Positions 11,969 to 20,154 of a stretch of DNA of 64,000 nt are shown piece after piece. Origin of the DNA: Candidatus Bathyarchaeota archaeon (GTDB lineage: Archaea; Thermoproteota; Bathyarchaeia; Bathyarchaeales; Bathycorpusculaceae). The position numbers and the translations under genes are program-made. The stretch is taken from positions 288,001 to 352,000 of the forward strand of contig CAWHVC010000003.1 in assembly GCA_963832745.1 (NCBI GenBank), read 5' to 3'. The notes below the pieces were generated by a model. It did no database searches and was not told where the DNA came from. It saw nothing but the letters and a program-made list of their open reading frames with translations. The first letter of the stretch is position 1; every line of letters begins with the position of its first letter.

Positions 11969-12226
11969 TAAGGGACTCTCTTGGTTTTGCACTGTTTTCT
12001 TTAAACAAGTATAAAGCCATAACGATTTAAGATATGGATGAATTAAAATTTTTTGAAATTCAAACATGGAAGCTTTTTTTATCAAAAAACTAAAAAAATG
12101 GCAGTCAAGAGAGTCATTTTATGCTTGACACCATAACGAGTTTTTGAATTGCGTTTATAAGGAAGTTCCAACATAATTGGCTGTAACGGGCTGTCAAAGA
12201 ACACGACAGAACGATAACCACAATAA

Positions 12227-12523
12227 GTGATAGAAATGACAGAAAAACAACAAGACGTTATATTCGTTGGAAATAAACCCCCAATGAGCTATGTTCTAGC
12301 TATCATCACGGCATTCTCGTCAGGAACCGCAAAAGAAATAACCCTAAAAGCACGAGGCCAAGCAATCACTACCGCTGTTGACGTTGCAGAAATCACAAGA
12401 AGCCGCTTCATTAAAGAACTCAAAGTTCAAAAGATTGCCATAGGAACAGCCGAGATGCCGCCAAGAGAAGGCGAGAACAAGTCCAGAATGGTTTCAACAA
12501 TAGAGATTACTCTACAAAAATAA
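12227..12523 (+). CDS. albA: DNA/RNA-binding chromatin protein Alba
   Basis: IFVGNKPPMSYVLA, LKARGQAITTAVDVAE, VSTIEI. Confidence 0.95.
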   Translation: MIEMTEKQQDVIFVGNKPPMSYVLAIITAFSSGTAKEITLKARGQAITTAVDVAEITRSRFIKELKVQKIAIGTAEMPPREGENKSRMVSTIEITLQK

Positions 12524-12608
12524 ACCAGAAAGGACCAAAAAGCAGTTTAAAATGAGAGTTCAATTGACTCTCAACCCTTTTTACATACAAAAATTTTTTG
12601 CCTACAGG

Positions 12609-13508
12609 CTATGCCATAAAAATTAAGCCAACACCAGTCACAATCGCCAATGCACCTAAAACTGTTCCAGCTGAAGCTTTTTCCCTAAACAAAAACATAC
12701 CAGCAAATGCTGCAAATAAGGGTGAAACAGACGAAATTGGAACCGCCTGAGCCTCAGCTACACTTAGAAAACTGTAATTCAACAAAAACCAGCCTAAACC
12801 GTTAGCGATTAAGCCACCGATACACAGTTGGAGCACGGTTTTGCGTTTCATCTTTAAAAAACCACGGTTTTTATCAACTAAAGGCGTCAACGCTATAAAG
12901 AAGACCGCCATAGAAACAACCCTTAATGCTACAAGGGCGTAGTCGGCTTGCAAACTGGGCATGGCTGCATTAGAAACGGCGACGTCCATAAGTGTAACAC
13001 CAATCGACCAAAACACAGCCGTAGCTAGACACAGGCCTACACCAAAAATTACAGCTTTACCTTTCACGTTTGTTACTTCAACATTTTTTTGGCTACTTAA
13101 AAGCCAAATTCCAAAAACAATAAAGACTGCGCCAACAACAGCCGCTTCGGATAAGGGTTGACCAAGAAACGCTATAGCCCACAAAAGACTAAATAAAGGA
13201 TAAGTTGCAGCCAACGGCACCGCTCTAGATACACCTAAAGTTTTGAGGCCAAACATGTACAGGGTATCCCCGATTCCTAACCCGACGATGCCGCTTATTA
13301 TGGTGACAGCTAAAATCCACAGGGGCAACTCAGCTAAAATGCTGACGCCGCCTAAAATAAACAGGACAACAACAAGCACGGCAGCGTTAGTTACACTGCG
13401 TATGATGTTTGCTGAAACAGGTTTTGTGCCTTCGAGGGCTTTTCGGTAAAGTAATGGCGCTATTGCCCAGCTTAAAGCTGCACCTAAAGCCGCTAGTTCC
13501 CCAATCAT
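12609..13508 (-). CDS. EamA/DMT family transporter
   Basis: About 10 TM helices in two EamA repeats (GDTLYM...GVSRAVPL...PLF; AVPISSVSPLF...FREK). Confidence 0.9.
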   Translation of the reverse strand: MIGELAALGAALSWAIAPLLYRKALEGTKPVSANIIRSVTNAAVLVVVLFILGGVSILAELPLWILAVTIISGIVGLGIGDTLYMFGLKTLGVSRAVPLAATYPLFSLLWAIAFLGQPLSEAAVVGAVFIVFGIWLLSSQKNVEVTNVKGKAVIFGVGLCLATAVFWSIGVTLMDVAVSNAAMPSLQADYALVALRVVSMAVFFIALTPLVDKNRGFLKMKRKTVLQLCIGGLIANGLGWFLLNYSFLSVAEAQAVPISSVSPLFAAFAGMFLFREKASAGTVLGALAIVTGVGLIFMA

Positions 13509-13603
13509 TAATTAACCTAAGGCAAGGCAAAAAACCGAGGATAAAGAGGTTTTGATTAAATAAAAAGAAAAACAGATAAAAAATGGCTGTACCGAAGAAA
13601 AGG

Positions 13604-14455
13604 CTATTTTTTGAGTTTAGCCTCAACTTTCTCTACGATTTGATTGAAGATTTTGGATGCTTCAGATTCAGGGTAAGAAATAACAAACGGCAACCCTTTA
13701 TCAGCGTCAACACCGATTTTGGGGTCAATCGGGATGCTTCCAAGAAAATCAACATTCATTTCTTTAGCCATTTGTACTCCGCCGCCAGACTGGAAAATCT
13801 CAGTTTTTACACCGCAATGCGGACAAATGAAGCCGCTCATGTTTTCCACTACGCCAAGGACGGGCATGTTGAGGTTTTCGGCAAACGTGACAGCTTTTTT
13901 AACGATTTCGCTGGACAATACCGAGGGCATGGTAACGATGATTACGCCGTCCATTTCGGGCAACAATTGTGCTACGCTTAAGGGTTCATCGCCAGTTCCA
14001 GGAGGCAAATCTATAAGAAGATAGTCTAATTCGCCCCATAGGACGTCGGAGAGGAACTGTTTGATTGCTTTCATTTTAAGGGGGCCACGCCAAATGGTTG
14101 GGGTTTGTCCCGGCAGGAAAAAGTCTATTGACATGACTTTAATGCCCATGGGTCCTTCGACAGGGAAGGCACCTGCAATGTTGGACCGGACTGTTTTGCC
14201 CTCTAAACCGTACAGTCGGGGAATACTTGGGCCGTGAATGTCAGCGTCTAAAACGCCGACGCGGTAGCCTTCTTTAGCCAATGCGGCACCCAAGTTGGCG
14301 GTTACGGTGCTTTTACCTACTCCGCCTTTGCCGCTGATTATGGCGATTTTATGTTTAATTTGCTTCATGTTATCTTGGAGCCGTTGTTGGTCTTCGGCTT
14401 CTTGTTGACGATAAGCTTCAAGTTGGGCTCTGTTTTGCTCTAACCGACTACTCAT
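13604..14455 (-). CDS. Mrp/NBP35 Fe-S cluster carrier ATPase
   Basis: SGKGGVGKST, DADIHGPS, WRGP, DLPPGTGDE, ENMSGFICPHC. Confidence 0.95.
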   Translation of the reverse strand: MSSRLEQNRAQLEAYRQQEAEDQQRLQDNMKQIKHKIAIISGKGGVGKSTVTANLGAALAKEGYRVGVLDADIHGPSIPRLYGLEGKTVRSNIAGAFPVEGPMGIKVMSIDFFLPGQTPTIWRGPLKMKAIKQFLSDVLWGELDYLLIDLPPGTGDEPLSVAQLLPEMDGVIIVTMPSVLSSEIVKKAVTFAENLNMPVLGVVENMSGFICPHCGVKTEIFQSGGGVQMAKEMNVDFLGSIPIDPKIGVDADKGLPFVISYPESEASKIFNQIVEKVEAKLKK

Positions 14456-14552
14456 AAAAACACACTTTTCCTAAGGCTTTGTTTAGGGTTGATTATTGAA
14501 GTAAACTAAAAAGGTTTATGGTAAAATCGACGGCAATAAGGATTAAAAAAAA

Positions 14553-15038
14553 TTAACCCTGTTTGTAACCGATTTTTCTTAGAAACGCCCTTCGCTCTGC
14601 AATGTCTTGTTCTGTTTCTATTCCTTTGCTTTTGAACCCGTCTACAACGCCGATTATGCCTCTGCCCTGTTCTGTTTCAACAATCAGGACCTGCAATGGA
14701 TTGGCTGTTGCTGCGTAAACGGTGCAGACTTCGGGGACTTTTTTGATTTTGTCAAGCACGTTTAGGGGGTAAGCGTTTTTGAGGTAGATTAAAAAGCTGT
14801 GTCCGCAGGCGATTTCAAAAGCTTTCTCCGCTGCCAGCCTTCGCAGTTCGGCGTCATTGCCTTCGTGTCGTACAAGGCAGGGTCCTGAGCTTTCACAGAA
14901 GCCTAGCCCAAACTGGATTTGTGGAACAGAATTAATTAGTGCCTCATAGAGGTCTTCGGCTGTTTTAATGAAGTGTGCCATGCCAAGGATGATGTTGCAG
15001 TCTTTTGGTGGGTCGATTTTTATGGTTTTAAAATCCAA
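14553..15038 (-). CDS. Adenosine-specific kinase family protein (DUF355/PAE2307-like)
   Basis: [40 protein letters not shown]. Confidence 0.85.
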   Translation of the reverse strand: MDFKTIKIDPPKDCNIILGMAHFIKTAEDLYEALINSVPQIQFGLGFCESSGPCLVRHEGNDAELRRLAAEKAFEIACGHSFLIYLKNAYPLNVLDKIKKVPEVCTVYAATANPLQVLIVETEQGRGIIGVVDGFKSKGIETEQDIAERRAFLRKIGYKQG

Positions 15039-15207
15039 AGCTTTTCGCCTAAAACATTTTGGTCTAATTAGCTTTTAAGAATTTGGCAAGTTTTTTGGCT
15101 GTCACGCTTGCTTATGATAAATTTTATATGGCACATACAACAGTCCAATAAAGCGAAGTGCAAACCACAAATTTTGCACCTTAAACGTTTAGAAGGAGTT
15201 GAAAGTA

Positions 15208-15351
15208 GTGTCCGAGAAAGAAATGCACAAGGCAACTTGCTCTGAATGTGGTCAAGAATGTGAAGTTCCATTCAAACCAGACCCAGCCAGGCCAGTTTAC
15301 TGCCGTGAATGCTGGTCCAAGAAACGTCCAGCAAGACCACGCAGATACTAA
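15208..15351 (+). CDS. Small CxxC-x17-CxxC zinc-ribbon protein (not in the ORF track)
   Basis: Manual translation MSEKEMHKATCSECGQECEVPFKPDPARPVYCRECWSKKRPARPRRY*; AGGAG upstream. Confidence 0.9.
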   Translation: MSEKEMHKATCSECGQECEVPFKPDPARPVYCRECWSKKRPARPRRY

Positions 15352-15499
15352 GCAAGTTAAGCTTAGCCTTCCAAAATCCAATTTATTCTTTATTTTTTCA
15401 AGCTTGAACCAAACAGTTTTTTTAGTAGGATAACATGTTGTGGTGAATGCAAAAGCTAAATATTGCTGGAAACCAATGTTTTCCAGTCGCATAGGTCAA

Positions 15500-15576
15500 G
15501 GGCCGATAGTTCAGCTGGTATGAACGCTTGACTTGCACTCAAGAGGTCGGGGGTTCAAATCCCCCTCGGTCCACCA
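15500..15576 (+). tRNA. tRNA-Ala(TGC), CCA encoded
   Basis: Acceptor GGGCCGA/TCGGTCC with G3:U70; anticodon arm CTTGA-CTTGCAC-TCAAG; T arm GGGGG-TTCAAAT-CCCCC. Confidence 0.97.
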
Positions 15577-15689
15577 GAAACCGCTTCATTAATTAATACT
15601 TAGAAACGTGGGATTCCAGTTTTACTAAGTTGATGTTTTGAGAAACAATTAATTAGTTGCTGTTCCTAATTTGGTGTTGAGGTTTTTTA

Positions 15690-16124
15690 GTGTTGTCAGA
15701 TGATGATACTCCACTCCATTTTGAAGGCCGTGAAGATGTAATATCAGAGAAAGTTCTCCGTTTTGAGGGAAAAAATAAAGATTTAGATAAATTATCTAGG
15801 CAAATCATTGAGAAACTATCTTCCAAAGGCTACAAAACACAGTCAACCACAAATTCTATGGGCATAATCATACAAGCTAAGAAAGCTGGAGTTCTAAGGG
15901 ACATCATCACTGCAGAAAGAGCGTTTACAATTTTAATATCTGGTCAGCCCAACGATTTCACAATTCACATAGGCATAGGCAAATTTTACCAGAATTTAGC
16001 AGTGGCATCAGTTGAAGCCGTCTTAACGGTCGGCCTGTTTCTTATAGTTGACATACCCGAAATGCTTTGGAATGATGAGGTAGAAAAAGGAATCATTAGA
16101 GACATGGTTGAAATCGTGGGTTAA
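15690..16124 (+). CDS. Hypothetical protein
   Basis: 144 aa ORF with protein-like composition; GAGG upstream. Confidence 0.65.
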   Translation: MLSDDDTPLHFEGREDVISEKVLRFEGKNKDLDKLSRQIIEKLSSKGYKTQSTTNSMGIIIQAKKAGVLRDIITAERAFTILISGQPNDFTIHIGIGKFYQNLAVASVEAVLTVGLFLIVDIPEMLWNDEVEKGIIRDMVEIVG

Positions 16125-16149
16125 ACTGTAAAAAGCAGCTAACTCGATT

Positions 16150-16929
16150 TTAGCAATCACTGATTACCTTTAATTGACTGCTTGGCAGATGAGATTTCAA
16201 GGGAGCGAGGCAGTACATAGCCCAGCCCATATCTTTACTTTGATACTGTAAATAATCATCCTGATCAGTACGGAAGAATTTGAATACCTGTTCATAATCA
16301 GGGTGGCTAGGATTTTCTTCAAGCCAACGAATCAGTCCATACCAACTATCAGAAATGTATCTATCCCAGTCATCGCGGCTGGAACGGATAATATATTCGA
16401 GTTCAAAGCCTTCGTTTCGGGTAAATTGGGCAAGTTCTGGTTCGGTATGGGTAGTTGTCTGTTTTTGGGCATATTCTGGATGTACCTGATTGCTAAGCCA
16501 GTGAGTTTCACCGATGCCGAGGCGTCCATTCTGATGCACTGCCCGCTGCATCGCTTGGATTGTCTGCTGGAAGCCGCCAAAAGCAAAAGTTGCCCCAATA
16601 CATGTTGCGGCATCAAAAGCCCCCTCTTCGAACAGGTAGTCAGCCGCTGGAGCGCATACGATTTCGATTTGACCCGACAACCCTCTTTTAACCAGCTTAT
16701 CTCTGGCACGGTCGCATAACTCTCCAGATATATCTATGCCAACACCGGTGATGCCGAATTTTTCAGCCCAGAGAGTGAGAGCTTCGGCGCAACCACAACC
16801 AAAGTCGATAACTCGACTACCTTTTTTCAACCTGAGCAGTTTGCCGAGTTGGACGATTTTTTCAGGCGTGGAAGGGTTAAGTATCTCCATATAGCGGTGT
16901 GAGATACCCATAAGGTCAAAGAAGTCCAT
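16150..16929 (-). CDS. Class I SAM-dependent methyltransferase (YjhP-like)
   Basis: EILNPSTPEK, VIDFGCG (motif I), GIDIS, FDAATCIGA. Confidence 0.88.
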   Translation of the reverse strand: MDFFDLMGISHRYMEILNPSTPEKIVQLGKLLRLKKGSRVIDFGCGCAEALTLWAEKFGITGVGIDISGELCDRARDKLVKRGLSGQIEIVCAPAADYLFEEGAFDAATCIGATFAFGGFQQTIQAMQRAVHQNGRLGIGETHWLSNQVHPEYAQKQTTTHTEPELAQFTRNEGFELEYIIRSSRDDWDRYISDSWYGLIRWLEENPSHPDYEQVFKFFRTDQDDYLQYQSKDMGWAMYCLAPLKSHLPSSQLKVISDC

Positions 16930-17045
16930 GATTCATTCAGCCGTCTAACAATAACTTCAGATATTAGCATTATGGCGATAAAGGATGATGTGGTTTCTTT
17001 CTGGCGGTAAAGAAATAGGTTTCCGCGGGCGATTTCTCCACTAGA

Positions 17046-17071
17046 CGAGGGTTCAAATACCCTCGATCCAC
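17046..17071 (+). repeat. Degenerate copy of the tRNA-Ala 3' end (att-like scar)
   Basis: CGAGGGTTCAAATACCCTCGATCCAC versus tRNA CGGGGGTTCAAATCCCCCTCGGTCCAC, same strand, about 1.5 kb downstream. Confidence 0.7.
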
Positions 17072-17079
17072 TTTTTAAT

Positions 17080-17499
17080 TCATTTAATCGTCTTTTTGTA
17101 TTCGAGTGGTCGAATTATTGCAAATTGTTTAAATTTCTTCCAGTCGCCAACGTCTTCAGTGATAATTTTTTCTAAACCCTTAAGACGCATACATGCTGCA
17201 TGCACTGAATCATAACCAACACCTGACGCACTCGTTAACTTGGCCGCTTCCTCCATGGTTTGCTCGTCAATTGTTATCATATTAATGGGAAGCGAAAATA
17301 ACGCTTGCAACGCCAAACCAGCCTTTTGCGCGTCAATTCGAGCTAAAGCCCCAAGAAGCTCAATTGGCACCATAAAACTGCAGTAAGCCTTAATTTTTTG
17401 GTCTTGAATATCATCAACTATTTGTTTGCAGGATTCACCGTAGACTGGATGCGCTAAAGCGGAGTAAATGAAAATGTTAGTGTCTATGTAGTAACTCAA
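17080..17499 (-). CDS. vapC: PIN-domain toxin (VapC family)
   Basis: YIDTNIF, IEL, YDSVHAA, IITED acidic PIN motifs; overlaps the antitoxin stop. Confidence 0.9.
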   Translation of the reverse strand: MSYYIDTNIFIYSALAHPVYGESCKQIVDDIQDQKIKAYCSFMVPIELLGALARIDAQKAGLALQALFSLPINMITIDEQTMEEAAKLTSASGVGYDSVHAACMRLKGLEKIITEDVGDWKKFKQFAIIRPLEYKKTIK

Positions 17500-17777
17500 T
17501 TTTTGTTTGCCCTTTTGGTTTTTCTCACTTCAAGAGACGGTTGGGTATTTTCTAAGGATTCTTCAATCAGCTTTACAGCATCAACATCCATCGGTTTCCC
17601 AAAAAGACACCACAACGTGTCTGAAGGATTAGAAACACGCTTCGGAGACTCCATTATGATGCGGTTGTTCTCAGATTTCACTAAAAGTTTGTCGCCTATT
17701 TTGACACCCAATTCAGAGCGTACACTTTCAGGGATAGTAACTTGGTATTTCCGAGTAACTTTAACCTCGTCTTTCAA
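17496..17777 (-). CDS. vapB: AbrB/MazE-type antitoxin
   Basis: VKVTRKYQVTIPESVRSELGVKIGD; TTG start at 17777. Confidence 0.88.
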   Translation of the reverse strand: MKDEVKVTRKYQVTIPESVRSELGVKIGDKLLVKSENNRIIMESPKRVSNPSDTLWCLFGKPMDVDAVKLIEESLENTQPSLEVRKTKRANKN

Positions 17778-17869
17778 AAGGAACCCCAAAAACTTAGTAG
17801 TACATGAGTAGTACTTAAAAATATCTGAAAGAACACCTGATTTGCAAAAGGGCATAAAAAATTTTGTAC

Positions 17870-18328
17870 TCATTCTTTTCGGAAAACCGATCCGAACATC
17901 ATTTGTTCTATTTTGCCGTTTTTGCCTGTAACCCACACCTCATCCGCCAGCTCAACCACCTTATCGACACTTTCGCCTGCCGTCTCGGGAAAAACTGCGA
18001 CCACATAACTGTCCCGGGGCAAACACTTCTGCAGCACAGCAAGCCGCACCCTAAGCCTACTCAACCTCACCTTGGAGGCGCATTCAACCCCAAACACTGT
18101 GCCTATTGAATGCTTGGCAAGGACTTTAACAAAAACCGTTTTGCCTCCAAAAGCGATGGGTACATCAAACTTTATGTCGGTAAATCCTCTGTCGTTCCAA
18201 AGCTTCAAAGCCGCTGCAACCTTGAGGGCTCCAATGGTTGGGGAACTTTTGCGTGCTGCCATGTAATTTGCTTTGAGTTCAGCAGGTAATTTGGCTATAA
18301 TATCAGCCTGAGAATCATCGGGTGACAT
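17870..18328 (-). CDS. Hypothetical protein, possible degenerate PD-(D/E)XK nuclease fold
   Basis: Helix followed by IKFDVP..VFVKVLA..FGVEC pattern; overlaps the end of the upstream RHH ORF. Confidence 0.55.
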   Translation of the reverse strand: MSPDDSQADIIAKLPAELKANYMAARKSSPTIGALKVAAALKLWNDRGFTDIKFDVPIAFGGKTVFVKVLAKHSIGTVFGVECASKVRLSRLRVRLAVLQKCLPRDSYVVAVFPETAGESVDKVVELADEVWVTGKNGKIEQMMFGSVFRKE

Positions 18329-18486
18329 TTGGAGCAGCCTCCATTTTTTTTGAGTAATTGTGCTTTTTCGTTAACTAAAACTCTGATGAGTTCGGCATTA
18401 TTTTGAATACCATAATATTTTTTCAGGGCTTCAATCTTTCTTTTTAGGTCTTCTTCCAATTCTACGTTTACTTGTGTGATACTCAT
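18295..18486 (-). CDS. Ribbon-helix-helix (CopG-like) DNA-binding protein
   Basis: QVNVEL strand, EEDLKRKIEALKKYYG helix, NNAELIRVLV helix. Confidence 0.75.
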   Translation of the reverse strand: MSITQVNVELEEDLKRKIEALKKYYGIQNNAELIRVLVNEKAQLLKKNGGCSKCHPMILRLIL

Positions 18487-18490
18487 TTCA

Positions 18491-18564
18491 GTAACCGCCA
18501 GTAACTATTAGTTACATTTCATTATGAGCGGTTACAATTTAAGTTCTTTCATCAAATTCGTGAC
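18491..18564. promoter_or_regulatory. Phased GTnAC operator array between the divergent RHH genes
   Basis: GTAAC at 18491 and 18501, GTTAC at 18511 and 18531, GTGAC at 18560; inverted repeats GTAACCGC/GCGGTTAC and GTAACT-ATT-AGTTAC. Confidence 0.6.
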
Positions 18565-18645
18565 TAAAATTAAAGACAACAAAACAACGGCTTGTAAAAC
18601 CTTATATTCACTTTTTACACAAATGATTACAAGACGTGATAATCT

Positions 18646-18813
18646 ATGACGGAACATGACGATGCACCGCAAGTAAGAGTGGTTTTTGAAGGCGAACTCA
18701 GAAATAGATTCGAAGCTGTAAAAAGATATTATGGCATAGCAAGAAACGCAGATTTAATCCGAATGCTTGTCACCCTAAAATATGAAGACCTGAAAAAGGA
18801 AGGACGAATCTAA
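18646..18813 (+). CDS. Ribbon-helix-helix protein, paralog of 18295-18486 (not in the ORF track)
   Basis: Manual translation MTEHDDAPQVRVVFEGELRNRFEAVKRYYGIARNADLIRMLVTLKYEDLKKEGRI*. Confidence 0.8.
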   Translation: MTEHDDAPQVRVVFEGELRNRFEAVKRYYGIARNADLIRMLVTLKYEDLKKEGRI

Positions 18814-18933
18814 ACACACAAGCCTTTAGACACTTTTGTCTTTTTAATAGGGCTTATTTTATTCGGTTTTTTGATTGCCAAAATTGCTTATATGGACTGG
18901 CTGGTTGTGGCTTGTTGGGCGGGAAGCTCCATA

Positions 18934-19158
18934 ATGGGCCATGCTAGTGCCCGACTTGCATTTTGCTGTTCAACGCTTATCATTGCTTTCTTTGAAGCTC
19001 TATGTCGCTGCCAACCTATTAGCAACCTATTAGAAACTTTATGCAGAAACCTATAGGGGCAGGTAAAAACCAACCTCTTTTTGGAATAACGGAAAAAAAT
19101 CCCTAAGGGGGGTGTAGGTCCGTATTGGCTGAAAACACGCTCATGAGTATGTTGAAAA
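18934..19158. repeat. Dispersed non-coding element, copy B
   Basis: Exact 20-mer TATGCAGAAACCTATAGGGG shared with copy C; upstream and tail blocks shared with A and C. Confidence 0.85.
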
Positions 19159-19177
19159 TCAGTAGTTATTTTTGTGG

Positions 19178-20032
19178 TTAGAGTTGCCATAGCGTTTTGG
19201 CGGTGTGTGAGGCTTTCTCTATCAAAGACAGAACCGTTGGGTGCGGCAAACCGAGTTTGTGTTCGTAAAAGTCTATGTCATGTTCAAGCACCTGCCGTAT
19301 GAGCACAATGCCAACATCAACCAGCCTTAGTCTGGTTTCGATACTGACACCCCGCAGGCAACTCAACGGGTACAGCTTATGTTTTTCAACCACGTCCCGC
19401 AAGCCAGAACCTTCCGGAGAAGCCCAACCAATCTGCACGATGCCCCGGCAGCCGCCATAAGTCAAAGCGTGCTCGGAGTACTTGGTGTTTGTGACTATGA
19501 CGGCTTTGTCGATTTTGATTTTGGTTACGCCTTGCTGGTAGCCTTCTGTTACGTCTTCAAGTATTGCTCGGGCGATGCGTGTTTCGTCCAAGCCAGTTAA
19601 GCCGTGGTAATTGAAGTGGTGTTTTGCTTCAACAAAATAGGTTAAACCATTCTTGGATGCAATCGCGTCAGCCTCATGTTCCCCACACAAACCCTGCAGA
19701 ATCGTGTTAGGTTGAACCTCAAAGCCGCTGTGTGCCAAGACGGTTTGGATGAAAACTTCAAATTCGGGTTTAGGCTCCATCAAACTTATGCCCCGACGCA
19801 AATCAAAGATGTGCCGAAGGGCAGGTTTGGGTTTACGCATCAAACTAAAAATGTACTGGAGAACCTTGCGTGTCGGTATGCCCTCGTAAAGGCGCCGTTC
19901 AACCTGCACGGCTACACGTTCAGCAGTTTCAGGGTCAGCACCCATCCGCAGGCAAGTCTGCACCACTTTTCCGTGGTCATACTGTTGTGTGGAACCGTCT
20001 GCTTTAGTTACAAAAGTCAAACGCCAAATCAT
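19178..20032 (-). CDS. ATP-cone domain fused to an Mrr-like restriction endonuclease domain
   Basis: VTKADGS...KV..T..RMGA ATP-cone; EFE...HEADAIA...FVEAKHH PD-(D/E)XK motif; VTNTKYS. Confidence 0.85.
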   Translation of the reverse strand: MIWRLTFVTKADGSTQQYDHGKVVQTCLRMGADPETAERVAVQVERRLYEGIPTRKVLQYIFSLMRKPKPALRHIFDLRRGISLMEPKPEFEVFIQTVLAHSGFEVQPNTILQGLCGEHEADAIASKNGLTYFVEAKHHFNYHGLTGLDETRIARAILEDVTEGYQQGVTKIKIDKAVIVTNTKYSEHALTYGGCRGIVQIGWASPEGSGLRDVVEKHKLYPLSCLRGVSIETRLRLVDVGIVLIRQVLEHDIDFYEHKLGLPHPTVLSLIEKASHTAKTLWQL

Positions 20033-20154
20033 CCTGCAATGACATTGGAGCCAAGGTTGTTTAAACTTTTACTGCAAAACAGCATTTTTAAGCATAATTT
20101 TGCAAAAAAACAGTGACTTTATAAGGAAACACAACTTTTTAATCAATCGGTGAT

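Noticed and set aside
12554-12572. Near-palindrome GAGAGTTCAATTGACTCTC after albA
   Set aside because: Single occurrence between convergent genes; most simply a terminator-associated hairpin.
17046-17071. Split or permuted tRNA half
   Set aside because: No 5' half or bulge-helix-bulge pairing sequence is seen, and mismatches disrupt the acceptor strand; an att scar is simpler.
18888-19190. 100-aa minus-strand ORF (and 61-aa plus-strand ORF) across repeat copy B
   Set aside because: The equivalent frame in copy A hits a stop (PYRFLQ*) and block spacing differs between copies, so the element is not a conserved coding sequence.
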